Below are positions 13,036 through 24,799 of a stretch of DNA of 64,000 bases, piece by piece. The stretch is taken from NCBI RefSeq assembly GCF_018977255.1, contig NW_024704743.1:116066001-116130000 (forward strand), written 5' to 3'. The notes under the pieces were generated by a model. It was not told where the DNA came from. It worked only from the letters and a program-made list of their open reading frames with translations, and made no database searches. This DNA comes from Callorhinchus milii (lineage: Eukaryota). Made by a program: the position numbers and the translations under genes. Each line of letters begins with the position of its first letter. Position 1 is the stretch's first letter.

Positions 13036-15469
13036 TATAAAGAACAAGTAGGTACAAAACAATGCAATCATTTTCCCAAAAGGGATATCAGTTTCCTAGC
13101 TGACGTGGATATCATCTGTGGCTTATACTGTATTTCCATTTTGTAAATAAAATAAAGGGTTCTTTAATCTTTAAAGATCCTTTTCTTTAATCTTTCATTC
13201 GAAACATCATTTATTAAATTGAGATTGTTTTCCTGTTTCTTGGAAAGCGAATTTCAATGGGATGTTCCCTCATTTTATGATGGAATACTTGACGGATGAA
13301 TTGCAGATGGGTCATGGGAAGATTATGGAGGGGGCAGGATGGAGAGAGAAAACACAAGCAATTCATTATTGGATATCAAAAATCATACATTCCTCACAAT
13401 GAACAACAGTTGCAACAAACTGCACACCAGTAAGTGTGAATATTGATTATATAGATATCATTTTAGATCTAATGCCATCCCTGGTGCTTGTGTTGACAAT
13501 AGTTTTTGGGACATCCTCCTGACGTGAAAGGCGCTTTATAAATGGAATCTTGTTGTTGTTGTTTTTCCATAAAAACAGTAATTTACCCAGTGACTTTCAC
13601 CTCAGGAACATGTCTCAAAGTGTTTCACACAGCTGACTGGCAGCTTGAACTGGGTTTGGGAACCCAAGGTGGGAGATTGGGAACCCTAGCTGTGTCACTG
13701 GGAATCTGAGCTGGGACACTGGGAGCAGAAGTATTTTAAATTCTATTGAAGAGAAACACCTACACACACATGCACACATGCGTGTTTACCCACACAACAG
13801 AACAGACTGAGGTGGATTATAATATTAATCCAAATAGAACTCTTAAAGACAGAAATCTGTAAAATAAATTACCAACAATTCTAATAAAACCATGAGTTAT
13901 TAAAAAATATCTCTAATACATTGCATTAGTCTAATATTGCTGTCAATACCAGACTTAATGCCGCATTGAGCAGCTTAAAAATCATTAGGATGGATCGCAG
14001 ATGAGCACAGAGGCTTGAACCTTCTTTGCACTATAAGCCTATGTCCGTGTGGGAACAATATGCCTGCTGGACAGCATTAACCTATATTTCCAGTTTTACA
14101 TATGGTCTTACCTTTATGCAATCAATGAAAATATTCCATTGCGTGACTACCAGCTTAAGTCAGTGCATGCTCTATGACACTATCCTGCATGAAGAGTGCT
14201 ATATAAATGTAAGTTGTTGTTGTCCGTGCTGGTTACCGGGTGAAAGTTGTCATCTTCTTATAATGGACGATTTAATTGTTACCAAAGGATGGTTTTCACT
14301 CCACAGGTTTTCTTCATTAGTAAATGTGACAGATGAGCTGATGAAGGGAAGTTAAGGGAGCAGTTGAGAAGCATTGATGATCTTTGTGAACCAGTGTATG
14401 CTCTTGGCTGTGTGGCACCAACCAAAGCCATTTATTAAATTCGTGGCCTCACAAATTGCTTTGACCTGAGCACGGGGCCAATATCCAGCTGAAGTATTGG
14501 GAGGACTGGTCCGAATTGGAAGATCATAAACTCACTGTTCAAATCTGCTTCCAATCTGACAGGGTTATTTGAAAGGATGTCCTATAGATCTGCACTTCAG
14601 ACAAATCACAAGTTGCCTCCTTTGACTCAGGTTTAATCGGCATCTAAAGTTAGACGCGTGTTTCATTTTTTTCATGCAAGTTATTTTTCCAAGTGTCTCT
14701 TAGGTCAGAGAAGGCATGTTGGAATCAAGTCATTTATCGCTTCCACTGGTTACACAGCAGAATACCGTTGCTGTGGACTTGTTCACAAATATTTCCTGTA
14801 GTTTGGCTTTGTGTTTTGTGATCTTTGCCTGTGCTGCTCCACAGGAACACCATTCAAACTACTCTCAAATAACTTTTCATAAAAGGAAACAAAGAAGGTT
14901 GAGAGGTTACAGGATACCATAGTTGTTTTGAATTATGAGGAGCTTCCAGGGTAGTGTAGCAAATAGAGCTGCAGCATACAGATCAGAAACTTTCTGGTTT
15001 GAATCCAGGTCCGTGCTGAGTTTGAGGGTCTCAGCTGAGCTGCATGGGAGGTTAAATAAGCCTTCCCAGGCATTTGCTGTGCGCAAATGACTGCTGAGTT
15101 TTGCCCACAAAATACCATCAATTCACTTTACAATATATTCTGTACAGCGATTTGAGATGTCTCAACAGAGTAATAAGGCACTAAATCAAATACAAAGATT
15201 GGTATTGTTATAAGGAGGAAATAAACAGACAGGATTCCCTCTTCAGCATCCTCTGCTGATAGGGTATATTGGGTGGGAAGAGGTCAGCTCTGATGTACCC
15301 TGCGGTTGAGTGACTTGCCAACATTCGCTGCCAAAGGTCACACATGTACAATGATCACATGGGCAGGGCAGGATGAGTCCGGTGGCATCAGGGCCAATTG
15401 GTGACCACTCCATGAATAACCCACAATGAGGGAGAGTCTGATTTTACAGACCCCAACAACAGGGTTCAT

Positions 15470-15830
15470 CTGTAGCTTTCTAATTCCTTTCTTAAAATTG
15501 AGAGGTTGTGAATGCAATTGCCCCTCAATACGACTTGTCTTCCCGCCACCTCCCTGTGTTACTTATTCCACATATTTACTACTCTCTGTGTAATGCAATT
15601 AAATCTTAACTGTCTATTTTTTAACATGAGTGCGTGTCTCTTGTTATTTGAGCCTAATTGACAGCTGGAATTAAGCACCTGAGATCTGAGAAATTTTATA
15701 ATTTTATCTAAACCACTTAGGATCATGAATACTTCAATACGATTTCCTGCGAGTCTTTCCTTCTCCAATGTGAACATTCCCAACTTCCACAGGCGTTTCT
15801 CAGAACTCAGGTGCTTAATTCCAGCTGTCA
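15470..15830 (-). mobile_element. Degenerate CR1 3' fragment
   Basis: Minus-strand RLWKLGMFTLEKERLAGNRIEVFMIL...TQRVVNMWN resembles the CR1 ORF2 C-terminus. Confidence 0.7.
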
Positions 15831-16423
15831 ATTACTTGCCCTAGCAACTATCCTCTCGGGGAGGGAGGTAAGTGAAGTCTCTTTGGGGCTGAGTTTATAC
15901 TCGGTAGTCTCGCTCCTGAGCCAGACTGCTCCGTAATACTCCAGGGCAGTATTGACTAGGTCTTGGTAGAGCAGTTATTATTTACACTTAGCTCCTGTTA
16001 ACCCTGGAAGCAAAAACCCAATGAATAAGGTGATCCTAGCTCGAGAAGCAGCAGGAACCTTGATAATGCTCTCAGTAGCAAACCTTGAGATTTTAGTTGG
16101 TCAAAATTCATCATTACTTAGATGCATACTCTGGAGGCCCCAACCCTTGGCTCGAGCCAACCTGTATCCTTTACTCTCCAGAATGAGGTGAGCAGGGTAC
16201 ATGTCTTGGGGGAGAGAGTTTAAAAGAGTTTCAATTTCAATCATTTGCCGAATTCTGGATTTTCTGAGATGCTAAGAAAATAGAATAAATGTAGACCCAA
16301 CAGAATCAACTGAGATGTTTCTAAGTGCTATGATAGTTTTCCTGGTCTTATAGCAAATTCATATTGAGTAAAAGGAGTGTAGTCCTGAGTGCCTAATGTG
16401 TATTTACTTCTACACTTAAACAG

Positions 16424-16689
16424 GGTCATTTATGATGGTGAACACATCTGGACGATATGCGGGGCAGAAAGCACATCTGTTACTGCCGAAGCTAAAGGAA
16501 AACGACACGCACTGCATTAACTTCCACTATTCCCTGTCTGCCAAGGAAGGGGTCAAACCAGGCACGCTGAATGTTTACGTGAAGGTCAATGAGGGACTGC
16601 TCGGGAACCCGATCTGGAATGTGTCTGGATTGGTCACCACAGGCTGGGCTGAGCTGGCTATAAGTACTTTCTGGCCAAGTCTGTACCAG
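16424..16689 (+). CDS. PTPRM: Type IIB receptor PTP (PTPRM-like) coding exon, MAM domain core (equivalent to exon 3)
   Basis: ttaaacag|GG acceptor and CAG|gtatgg donor, 266 bp, phase 1 to 0. Translates (G)[35 protein letters not shown]...[40 protein letters not shown], with the R2B-PTP MAM motifs LKENDTHC and ELAISTFWP. Paralog assignment (mu vs rho) is less certain than the exon itself. Confidence 0.95.
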
Positions 16690-19420
16690 GTATGGCATGA
16701 TTAATGCTTATACATCATCAAATAATGGCTTGCATTTGATATGGATACCTTTCACGTCGGAAGGATGTCTCAAACCCCTCACAGGAGTTCAATGTATATG
16801 TGCATTTTGTAAGTGAATGCAGTAGCCAATTTGCACAAAGTAATGTTCTACAAACAGCAATGAAGTGAGTGACCAATTTTAGCTGGAGGATTGTTGCCAG
16901 GACACCAGGAGTAACTGCTGTTTTTGAATAATGCCTATAATAATAATAATCTAATGCCCACCTGAACAGGCAGATGGCTTTTTGGTTTCATCTGAAGGAC
17001 GCCATCTCTGACAATGCAGCTCTTCCCCCAACAATGTATTGAAGTATCAACCTGGCTTATGAGTTCAATGTGCCATAACCTTCTGAATGCCATCAAAACA
17101 ATCTAACCATTTCCTACCCAACATTCAATTGTTGTTAAGTGGGAAAGTTTGGTCATTGAATTAGGTATTTTCAATTGTCTCACTGGATGAAGCTCTATTT
17201 ATTTAGCTGGCATCTGTCCGTCTTTTTGTCACAGGTTAGTAAGATGACCTCCTCTAGTAGAATGAAAGGTCTCCAAGGAATAGCTCTTACATTTGATGTA
17301 GCGGTTTAAGATGTCAAAACTTCCCACAGTACTTTTCGCACAGTGAGTTACTTTGAAGTGTAGTGACTATTATTATCTCAGCAAAAGCAGCAGCTGGTTT
17401 GTGCCAGTGACGTTCCACAAACTGCAGGGTGGTGAGTGACCAACATTAATCTGTGTTTCTCTTAGGCTTTGGGATTAGGGAGGAATATAATATAATAATA
17501 AAAATAATCCTTGCATTTGATATGGAGCCTTATCACCTCTTTGAGTCGTCTCAAAGGGCTTCACAGAATATACTGTAAAGTGAATTGATTGTATATTTTG
17601 TGGGCATTATAAACTGGACCCTGGGAGAAACTCTCTTCCCTTTGAACTTGTGCCATGGGATCCTATAATCAAAGGCCTAACTGCCCATTCAGAGATAGCA
17701 ATGTTTAATATCTCACTCTAAAGGAGATGAAATGCTCTCCTCCCCAGTATTGCAGTGGACATGTTAGCGTGGACAGGATTTCTGAGCTGAGGGGCTATCC
17801 CAGCTTCATCAGTGACTATATCATTGCCTGGTAGAGCCAAGGTCACCCAATGCTTTTGCACCAATTTATCACACACCTGAGACCTAATGTGAAACCATTT
17901 TACTGTCTGCAATTTAATTTGCTAACAGTCAAAGATGTTGGCAACAAAAAGAATAGAGTTTGACATTCTCATCAAATCCAGGAAAAATTCAATTCCAAAT
18001 TGTGAGATAAATGCGGTTTCTGAAGTCTCCAAACTGGAAATAAATTGTGAAATGGTTAGTATAAATAAATCAGCCCTGTGAGTGGCTTTTGGCACCGAAT
18101 CACAGATCAGGTACATCAGTGTCCACATGAACATTCATTGCCATCGACTGGCGAGGATTGAACCACTTTCAATTAAAGATGATTTGTTCTTTTGAAACAA
18201 CACTTTATAATAATAAAAAATAATCCTTGCATTTGATACAGCGCCTTTCATGTTGGGAGCATGTCTCAAAGCGTTTACTGTAAGGTGTAATAGCTGTGTC
18301 TTGTGCCAATTTACTTACAGCAGAGTCCCACAAACAGCCATGAAGTCAATGACCAATTTACACAGGCGATTGTTAGCCAGGACCCAAAACAGCTACGATC
18401 GCAAGCACTTGACAGCAATTACCCATGAGGTGCTTTCAGATGTTTTGATGCAAGGGGTGTGACAAGAGAACATTATTGGGAACTAACGCTATATCACAAA
18501 GTTTTTTTTAGATATCTTATCACTACTCAGAAGAAAAAGTACTAATTCTGCTCAATCCTCCAGTCTTTCACTCTGGTATTTTGTAATTTAGCCCATCTCA
18601 AGACTTACCCCTTTGATGGCACTTTTGATCATGTTTTCCCCACCACTCTCTCCCCAAAAGCCAATAGTGTAAAGCGCTTTGTGATATCCTTCCAGTGATA
18701 TATAAATGTATGTTTCATTGTAATTACGCTCTAAGAAGCTTCAGTGCCTGTGTTGTTAAATTACGGGGTGGGCAATTTTTTCCATCGGATTTCTAAGTAG
18801 ATGCCACAAACCGCTACAAATGCCGGCGATTCATTGGAAGGACGTGCCTGATCAATTGTCATTTAACATGGGGAAGGGGAGGACAAATGGATAACTTTCC
18901 AGGCAGTTGGTTCAAATCAATCTGTGAGTGATTTTCCTGCTGCAAAACACAGCAATGCATTGCGGTTGGTCAGTGCCTGGTTGCCGAATTCTTGCTCGCA
19001 GCGTCAGCACTGAACAACCCCAAACCAGGTGCAGCTGAATTAACCACGTAAAGTGAGATGATAGAATTACAAATCGTTACATTGTTAAATTGGGAACGTT
19101 GGCAGGTCTGAATTTTGTTGGAAATAGCAAGGAAACTCGACTGCGATTAATTATGTTCAGGGGATTTAGGCTAACCAGTTAAAGGATAATAGTGCTACTA
19201 TTTGATGAAGTGTCTTATTACATTACATCAGTGTCTTGCACACAACTGAATCTCTGTGACAGTGCCGCTTACACACAAACAAATCTCTGTGACTGTGCCT
19301 TAATACACACTCACACACACACACACAATTGAATCTGTGTAATAGTGTATCACATACACAGTACTGAATATCTGTGACAGCGTCCCTTACACACACATAC
19401 ACAACTGAATCCCTGTGACG

Positions 19421-19546
19421 GTGTCACACACACCCAGCTGGATCGCTGACAGTGTCACACACACACACAGCTGGATCGCTGACAGTGTCACACACACACA
19501 GCTGGATCGCTGACAGTGTCACACACACACAGCTGGATCGCTGACA
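19421..19546 (+). repeat. Minisatellite, 4 units of 31-33 bp (gtgt(ca)n gctggatcgctgaca), with degenerate units back to about 19215
   Basis: Direct tandem copies start at 19421, 19452, 19485 and 19516. Confidence 0.92.
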
Positions 19547-20549
19547 GAGCCACACACAAATACACACAACTGGAATCCACATAATCGTCCTGCCCAACGA
19601 TCCTCCCAAATAAAATTGGTCACTCACTCCATGGTTGTTTGTGGGACACTGCTGTGTGCAACTGGCTGATGCCACAAAATACACGGTTAATCTACTTTTC
19701 TGTGAAGCGCTTTGAGACATCTCACCAGCATGAAGGTGCTATATCAAATGCAAGGGTTATTATTATTAACTCCAGTCTGCTACGTGCGTCCATCCCTTGA
19801 TGGCCAAGTTTTCTGCAGCTACACTCCTAACTTCTGGAATGCTGTCCTTCTATTCTTCCATCTCCCCTAACCCCATCTGTCTGTCTTTGAATCCACCTAA
19901 AAATCTAGCACATTGACCCTGCATAACGTCAGCTCCCTTCTCCTGTGGTCGGTATCTCCCTATCTGTGTGAAACACTATGAGACATTATCCTAAGGGCGC
20001 TATATAAATGCAAGTTGTTGTTGTTGTCGTCGTTGCAACTCTCCCTGCTCTAATAATACTAAGCACAAGCCATTCTCAGCCCTGTTACCTGCATTGTGTG
20101 TTACATTGTGTACATGGCTTGCACACACATTGCAGGTTGACGAGTGGCAAGGAAATCAAATTGCAGGGTCCAGCTTTCGGCATATAAATCCCATCACTTT
20201 CACTGGAGCATTGCGACACGGCGTGTTCCTGTACAGGGTATTAATAGCAGAGGAAACATGGCCAATGGGAATAGTGAGTAATAGCAGATCAAAGGTGAGA
20301 AGTGGGCCACAAAAAAGCTATTAACCTGCCAAAACCTCGTATTTTTCGACATGAGCTCGGGGTCAGCCTGCTGCATAAAGTCTGGTGTTAAACCTCGGGT
20401 CTGAGTTCCAGGCTGTTAGGAAGTATTTATTAACACCAATTTCCTGTTGAATTAATACCCTGTGGCTAGCGAACCTCCGTGAGATGTTAGTAAAACTTCA
20501 TCTAAGCCATTAGCAGCGTTACAGATGCGAACGTACAATTGGGACTTCA

Positions 20550-20755
20550 TGTTTCCCTCCAACTTCTTCCCCACCACACCTCTCCTTTTTCTCCTACTTC
20601 CCTTCACTCCCATCCCCCTCCTCTCCCCCCCCCCCCCACCACTCCACTCCCCCCCCACCCTCCTCTCCCCGCCTCCGCCTCCTCTTGCTCCCTCCTCCCT
20701 CCCTCCCCCCATCATCTCCCTCTTCCTCTCACCCCTCCTCCCCCCCCCTTTTCTC
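20550..20755. repeat. C/T-rich low-complexity tract
   Basis: Poly-C and CCT runs, followed by an L2-like tail remnant (gtgctatataaatacaagttg). Confidence 0.8.
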
Positions 20756-22410
20756 TAACCTGTGTGAGGGGGTGCTATATAAATACAAGTTGAAATAAAT
20801 GAAAAAAAAATTGGGGGTCAGCATGTTTGAAACATGCGGAAACGCATCACCATGCTTAAGAGTATCCAAACCAAACTGAGAATGAAATGGGAATGGGAGA
20901 TAGGAATAATGGGCAGTTTGGACTATACCAGGGCTCCCAGCCAATCTGATTTGAGTAGCCGGCTCACGTAGCAGGTAGCTGGCACCACAGAGTGCATATT
21001 GTACAGAAACAGGCTATTCCACGCCAGAATTCAAACTCTTCTCCCTTATGTATACATATGATAACCAAAGGGGGAAACTAGGCAAAGACCCTTGGGAGAG
21101 TTAGGAAGGGGAGAAATAATGGAAGAGGTGAATTTGGTTTATTTTTCAAAAAAAACATAGTTTTGCTTTACAGTGAAGATTGAGGAGTCTGCAATGTGAT
21201 GTGGAACTGGTTTCCTGTTAGGAAGGGACTTGATGTAAACCAACTCTTGGGCAAATATCCAATGCATTTTCATGAGTAGCTGCAAAGCCTGGAGTTGCTC
21301 TGTTGTTTCCTGGCTGATAAACATTGCCAAACATTTCCCCAAAATTGCTTTAACTAACAAAGAGCTATTACAGTGGTCATTTTGAGGGGAAGTGAGGGTG
21401 GTGGGGGGTTTGCTGCTTTGAAGGTTTGAATCCTGGAGAAATCAAGCTCCTCGCATGCGTTCTCCAGATGTTGTTGCAGCTGGAAGCTTCAGGTCTGACA
21501 GGTCCGGACCTTGGCGCATTTCCTTACGAAATGTAAAACCCTTGGATGTTTCTCAGGCTCCCAAAGGCAATCGACTTTACAAAATGTAACAATAAGATAC
21601 CACAGCACTGAAATTCCAACCTTTTTTTTAAGCCTGTGAGATGTTCTTCTGCAAAATACTCTTTCTCCTACTAATAATAATCCTTACATTTGATGTAGCA
21701 CCCTTCACATCAGGAGGATGTTGCAGAGCGTTTCGCAGGACTTGCTACAAGGTATAAAGACTTTGTATTTTGTGGGCAAACATGGCAGCCAATTTACGCA
21801 CAACAATGTTCCACAAACAGCCATGAAGTGAATGACTAAATGCCCAGCCAGCAGTGTGAAGTGCTTTGGAATGTCTTTCCGACATGTAAGATGCAATATA
21901 AATGTAAATTATATTGTATTGTACAATTTGCTTCAACACATAAGTTAGGAGTGCCTGGATGACAACCAGATCAATTCAATACAATATGCAATACAAATTT
22001 ACATTTATATAGCGCCTTTCATGTCAGGAGGATGTCCCGAGGATCAGGCTCAGCTCAGATGACCCATGAACCCCTTTTCTCCCTTCCACAAGGTGCTCAT
22101 GCATTTCAAGGCTTGAATCACCATCCCCGCGGGAGATATTTGCGGACAGAGATGCTTGTGAAAACTTTATCCTAGTCGTCAAATTGCAGAGAGAAAAGAA
22201 TAGAGGATTGTCAGATAGAATGATCAGAAATGTCACGTTAACCTACAAAACAAACAGTCATTACAATTTACAGTAAATCCTTTGAAGCGCTTTGAGACGT
22301 CCTCCCAAAGGTATTATTTGTATTATAATTTTATTATTATGTTTAAAAAAAAGTGTTTCTAGTTTTACTGCCTGCAATGACTTATTGAAACAGGATTTTG
22401 CTTATTGCAG

Positions 22411-22489
22411 GTTGTGTTTGAAGCAGTTACCTCAGGCCAGCCAGGGTACGTTGCCATCAGTGAAGTGAAAATCCAGAGACATCCATGCA
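22411..22489 (+). CDS. PTPRM: PTPRM-like coding exon, MAM C-terminus (equivalent to exon 4)
   Basis: ttattgcag|GTT acceptor, TGCA|gtaagt donor, 79 bp, phase 0 to 1. VVFEAVTSGQPGYVAISEVKIQRHPC aligns without gaps to recalled human PTPRM VIFEVITSGHQGYLAIDEVKVLGHPC. Not in the ORF track. Confidence 0.93.
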
Positions 22490-23168
22490 GTAAGTAGCCA
22501 ACATATCAACTCACCCAGCATCAACATATCCTAGTGTCAGCCTGACTCAGTTGGTAGCAGTCTGGCCTCTCAGGCAAAAGGTTGCGAATCCCACATCGGG
22601 ATGATGAATTCATATAGTTTATGCTGACACTCCAATGCAGTGTCCAATGCAGTCTGTGCGCTGTTTTGTCAGAGGTGTCATCCTTCAATGAGATGTTAAA
22701 CCAAGCTTCCGGCTTCCTGTCTAATTGAACGTGAAAGATTCCATGACACTGTTTCAATAACAACAACAAATTGCATTTCTGTGGTGTCTTTCATGTCAGG
22801 ATGACGTCCCAATGCGCTGAAATTTGAGAAAGGGAAGGGAGTTTCCAGTGGCTTGGTACCTGGCCACCAATTCTCTTCTCCCTGTGTAGCTAAGACTCAG
22901 AGGTTTGGAGAAAGGAGAAGTGGGAGAATTTCCTGTTTAAAAAAAAAAGGTGGAACATTACTTTTAAAACAAGAAACAATTGGCAATAAATTTGTATTAT
23001 ATTGCATTTCCCCTTTCTAACCCAGACGAAAGGGGAATACCTGCTGCAATTGTCTGCTTACCTCAACACTTCCTTCCATTACCCACTTATCCTCCACCAA
23101 CACTAGTACTCAGCTTTCTCCTCAAACTCTGTGGAAGTCAGCGATTACAGTCCTGTGTGTTTATCTTG

Positions 23169-23378
23169 TAATAATAATAATAATCCTTGCATTTGATATA
23201 GCGCTTTTCACGTCTTCTTGACGTCTCAAAGTATTTCACAGAATATGCTGTAAAGTGAATTGACCGTATATTTGTGGGCGAAACGCAGCAGCCAATTGTG
23301 CACAACAGTGTCCCACAAACAGTCGTGGATTGAAAATGACCGATTTATTATTGTTTTGTTTTGGAGGGATTATTATTA
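23169..23378 (-). mobile_element. Head-less SINE tail module with inverted (TAA)n-TCC termini
   Basis: Begins taataataataataatcc and ends ggattattatta. Matches 48687-48897. Confidence 0.8.
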
Positions 23379-24799
23379 GAAAGGGCTTTGGCACCCACAT
23401 AGCACAAAGCAATTTGAGATGAGTCGACAGCAAGTTTGCAACTCTTCACAATCCAAATTTTGGATGTATCAATAAAGCCCTGTTATATCTACTGCTGCCA
23501 GCTCTTTTTTTTGGCAGCCGGGTGTCTGACACTCGCGAAAACCCATCATTCATGCTCAAGAGTATCCAAACCAGACTGAGAGTCCCCACATGTGCAGTGC
23601 AATTTCCAGTTGTCTAGAGTGGAGTGTGCAGACTACTGTAAACTGAGGACTTGTTTTCCTTAAATTCTGTTTTCAATGGATGCCCTTTCATTGTGCAAAT
23701 ATATAAATTCACAGCATAGAAAAAGGCCATTTGGACCATTTTGTCTATGCTGCTGCTAGCTCCACACACCCTTAAAATAGTCTTGAAGCTATCTCACTCT
23801 TATCTCAGTCCTCTGCTGTGTCACCATATCTATTAATATTATTTGTCCTCAAGTATCAATGAGACCTCACACTCTGGGGTTCCCGATCCTTGCCAACCTG
23901 CGTCTAATTCTTTTCGGGATTAGGTGAGCAAGGTGCATCTCTTCAGGGAGTGAGTGCTAAATTCACTTCCAGACAGGAGAACATTTCCATGTGTTATGTG
24001 GAACTCTCAGTATCATGGTTTGGGGACTCTTAAGCAAGGCAAAGAGATTCTGATTTCAGACACCCGGCTAACCAAAAAAAGCAATTCCCTTTCAAATGTT
24101 GTCATGAATCCACCTACATTCATTTCTGGATATATGTTTTCAGCAAGCAACTTCTGACAATCCTCTGTGTAAAATTAAATTCTTCTAAACTCCCCCCTTT
24201 TTTATATTGGTGTTAATCCTTGGTTCATGCTCTCCTGTTACATCAATCTTTTGAAATACTCTCTCATGAGATGATATGATTGCTGTTCCTTGTTCCAGTG
24301 TGTATCTATCTGTGGTTACAATCCATTTGTCACTCCCCAGATCATACACACATTGTGTTTGACTGCTTGGGAGATTGCTTGCATGCTTATACATAACTCC
24401 ACTGGGGGAGGGAGTGGGGGAGCTAGTACCAGCACAGGCATGATGGGTTGAATGGCTTTCTTCCAAACTGTAAACTTTCTGTGATTATTTGGTGCCTCTG
24501 AGAGGTCCTACCCTGGAACCCTGGGGAGATAGGAAGTGTGCATCCAGCTAGATTGAATGCATGCCTCTTGTTAGACAATTTGGGAGAATGGACTTGCATA
24601 TCCATGTGACCACCAGGGAAATCAGATGTGGATATTTTGCTGTACCTCTGGGGAAATCAGACACACACTCACATCTCACTGGGCGGCTCCACATCCATGA
24701 GCCATTCTCTGAGGTAATTACAGCAAATGATAAAGAAAGCTGCCCATTCCAGAGGCATAACATGTCTCATGGTCTCAGCCTTCAGACCACAGGCTTAAT

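Noticed and set aside
1..16423. Upstream exons of the phosphatase (signal peptide, MAM N-terminal GGC-FDE exon)
   Set aside because: I could not find a matching splice-bounded frame by eye. They probably lie upstream of the window; TBLASTN would settle this.
19421..19546. CRISPR-like appearance of the 31-33 bp repeats (also 56399-56590)
   Set aside because: The units are directly tandem with no unique spacers, there are no cas genes, and the context is a eukaryotic intron.
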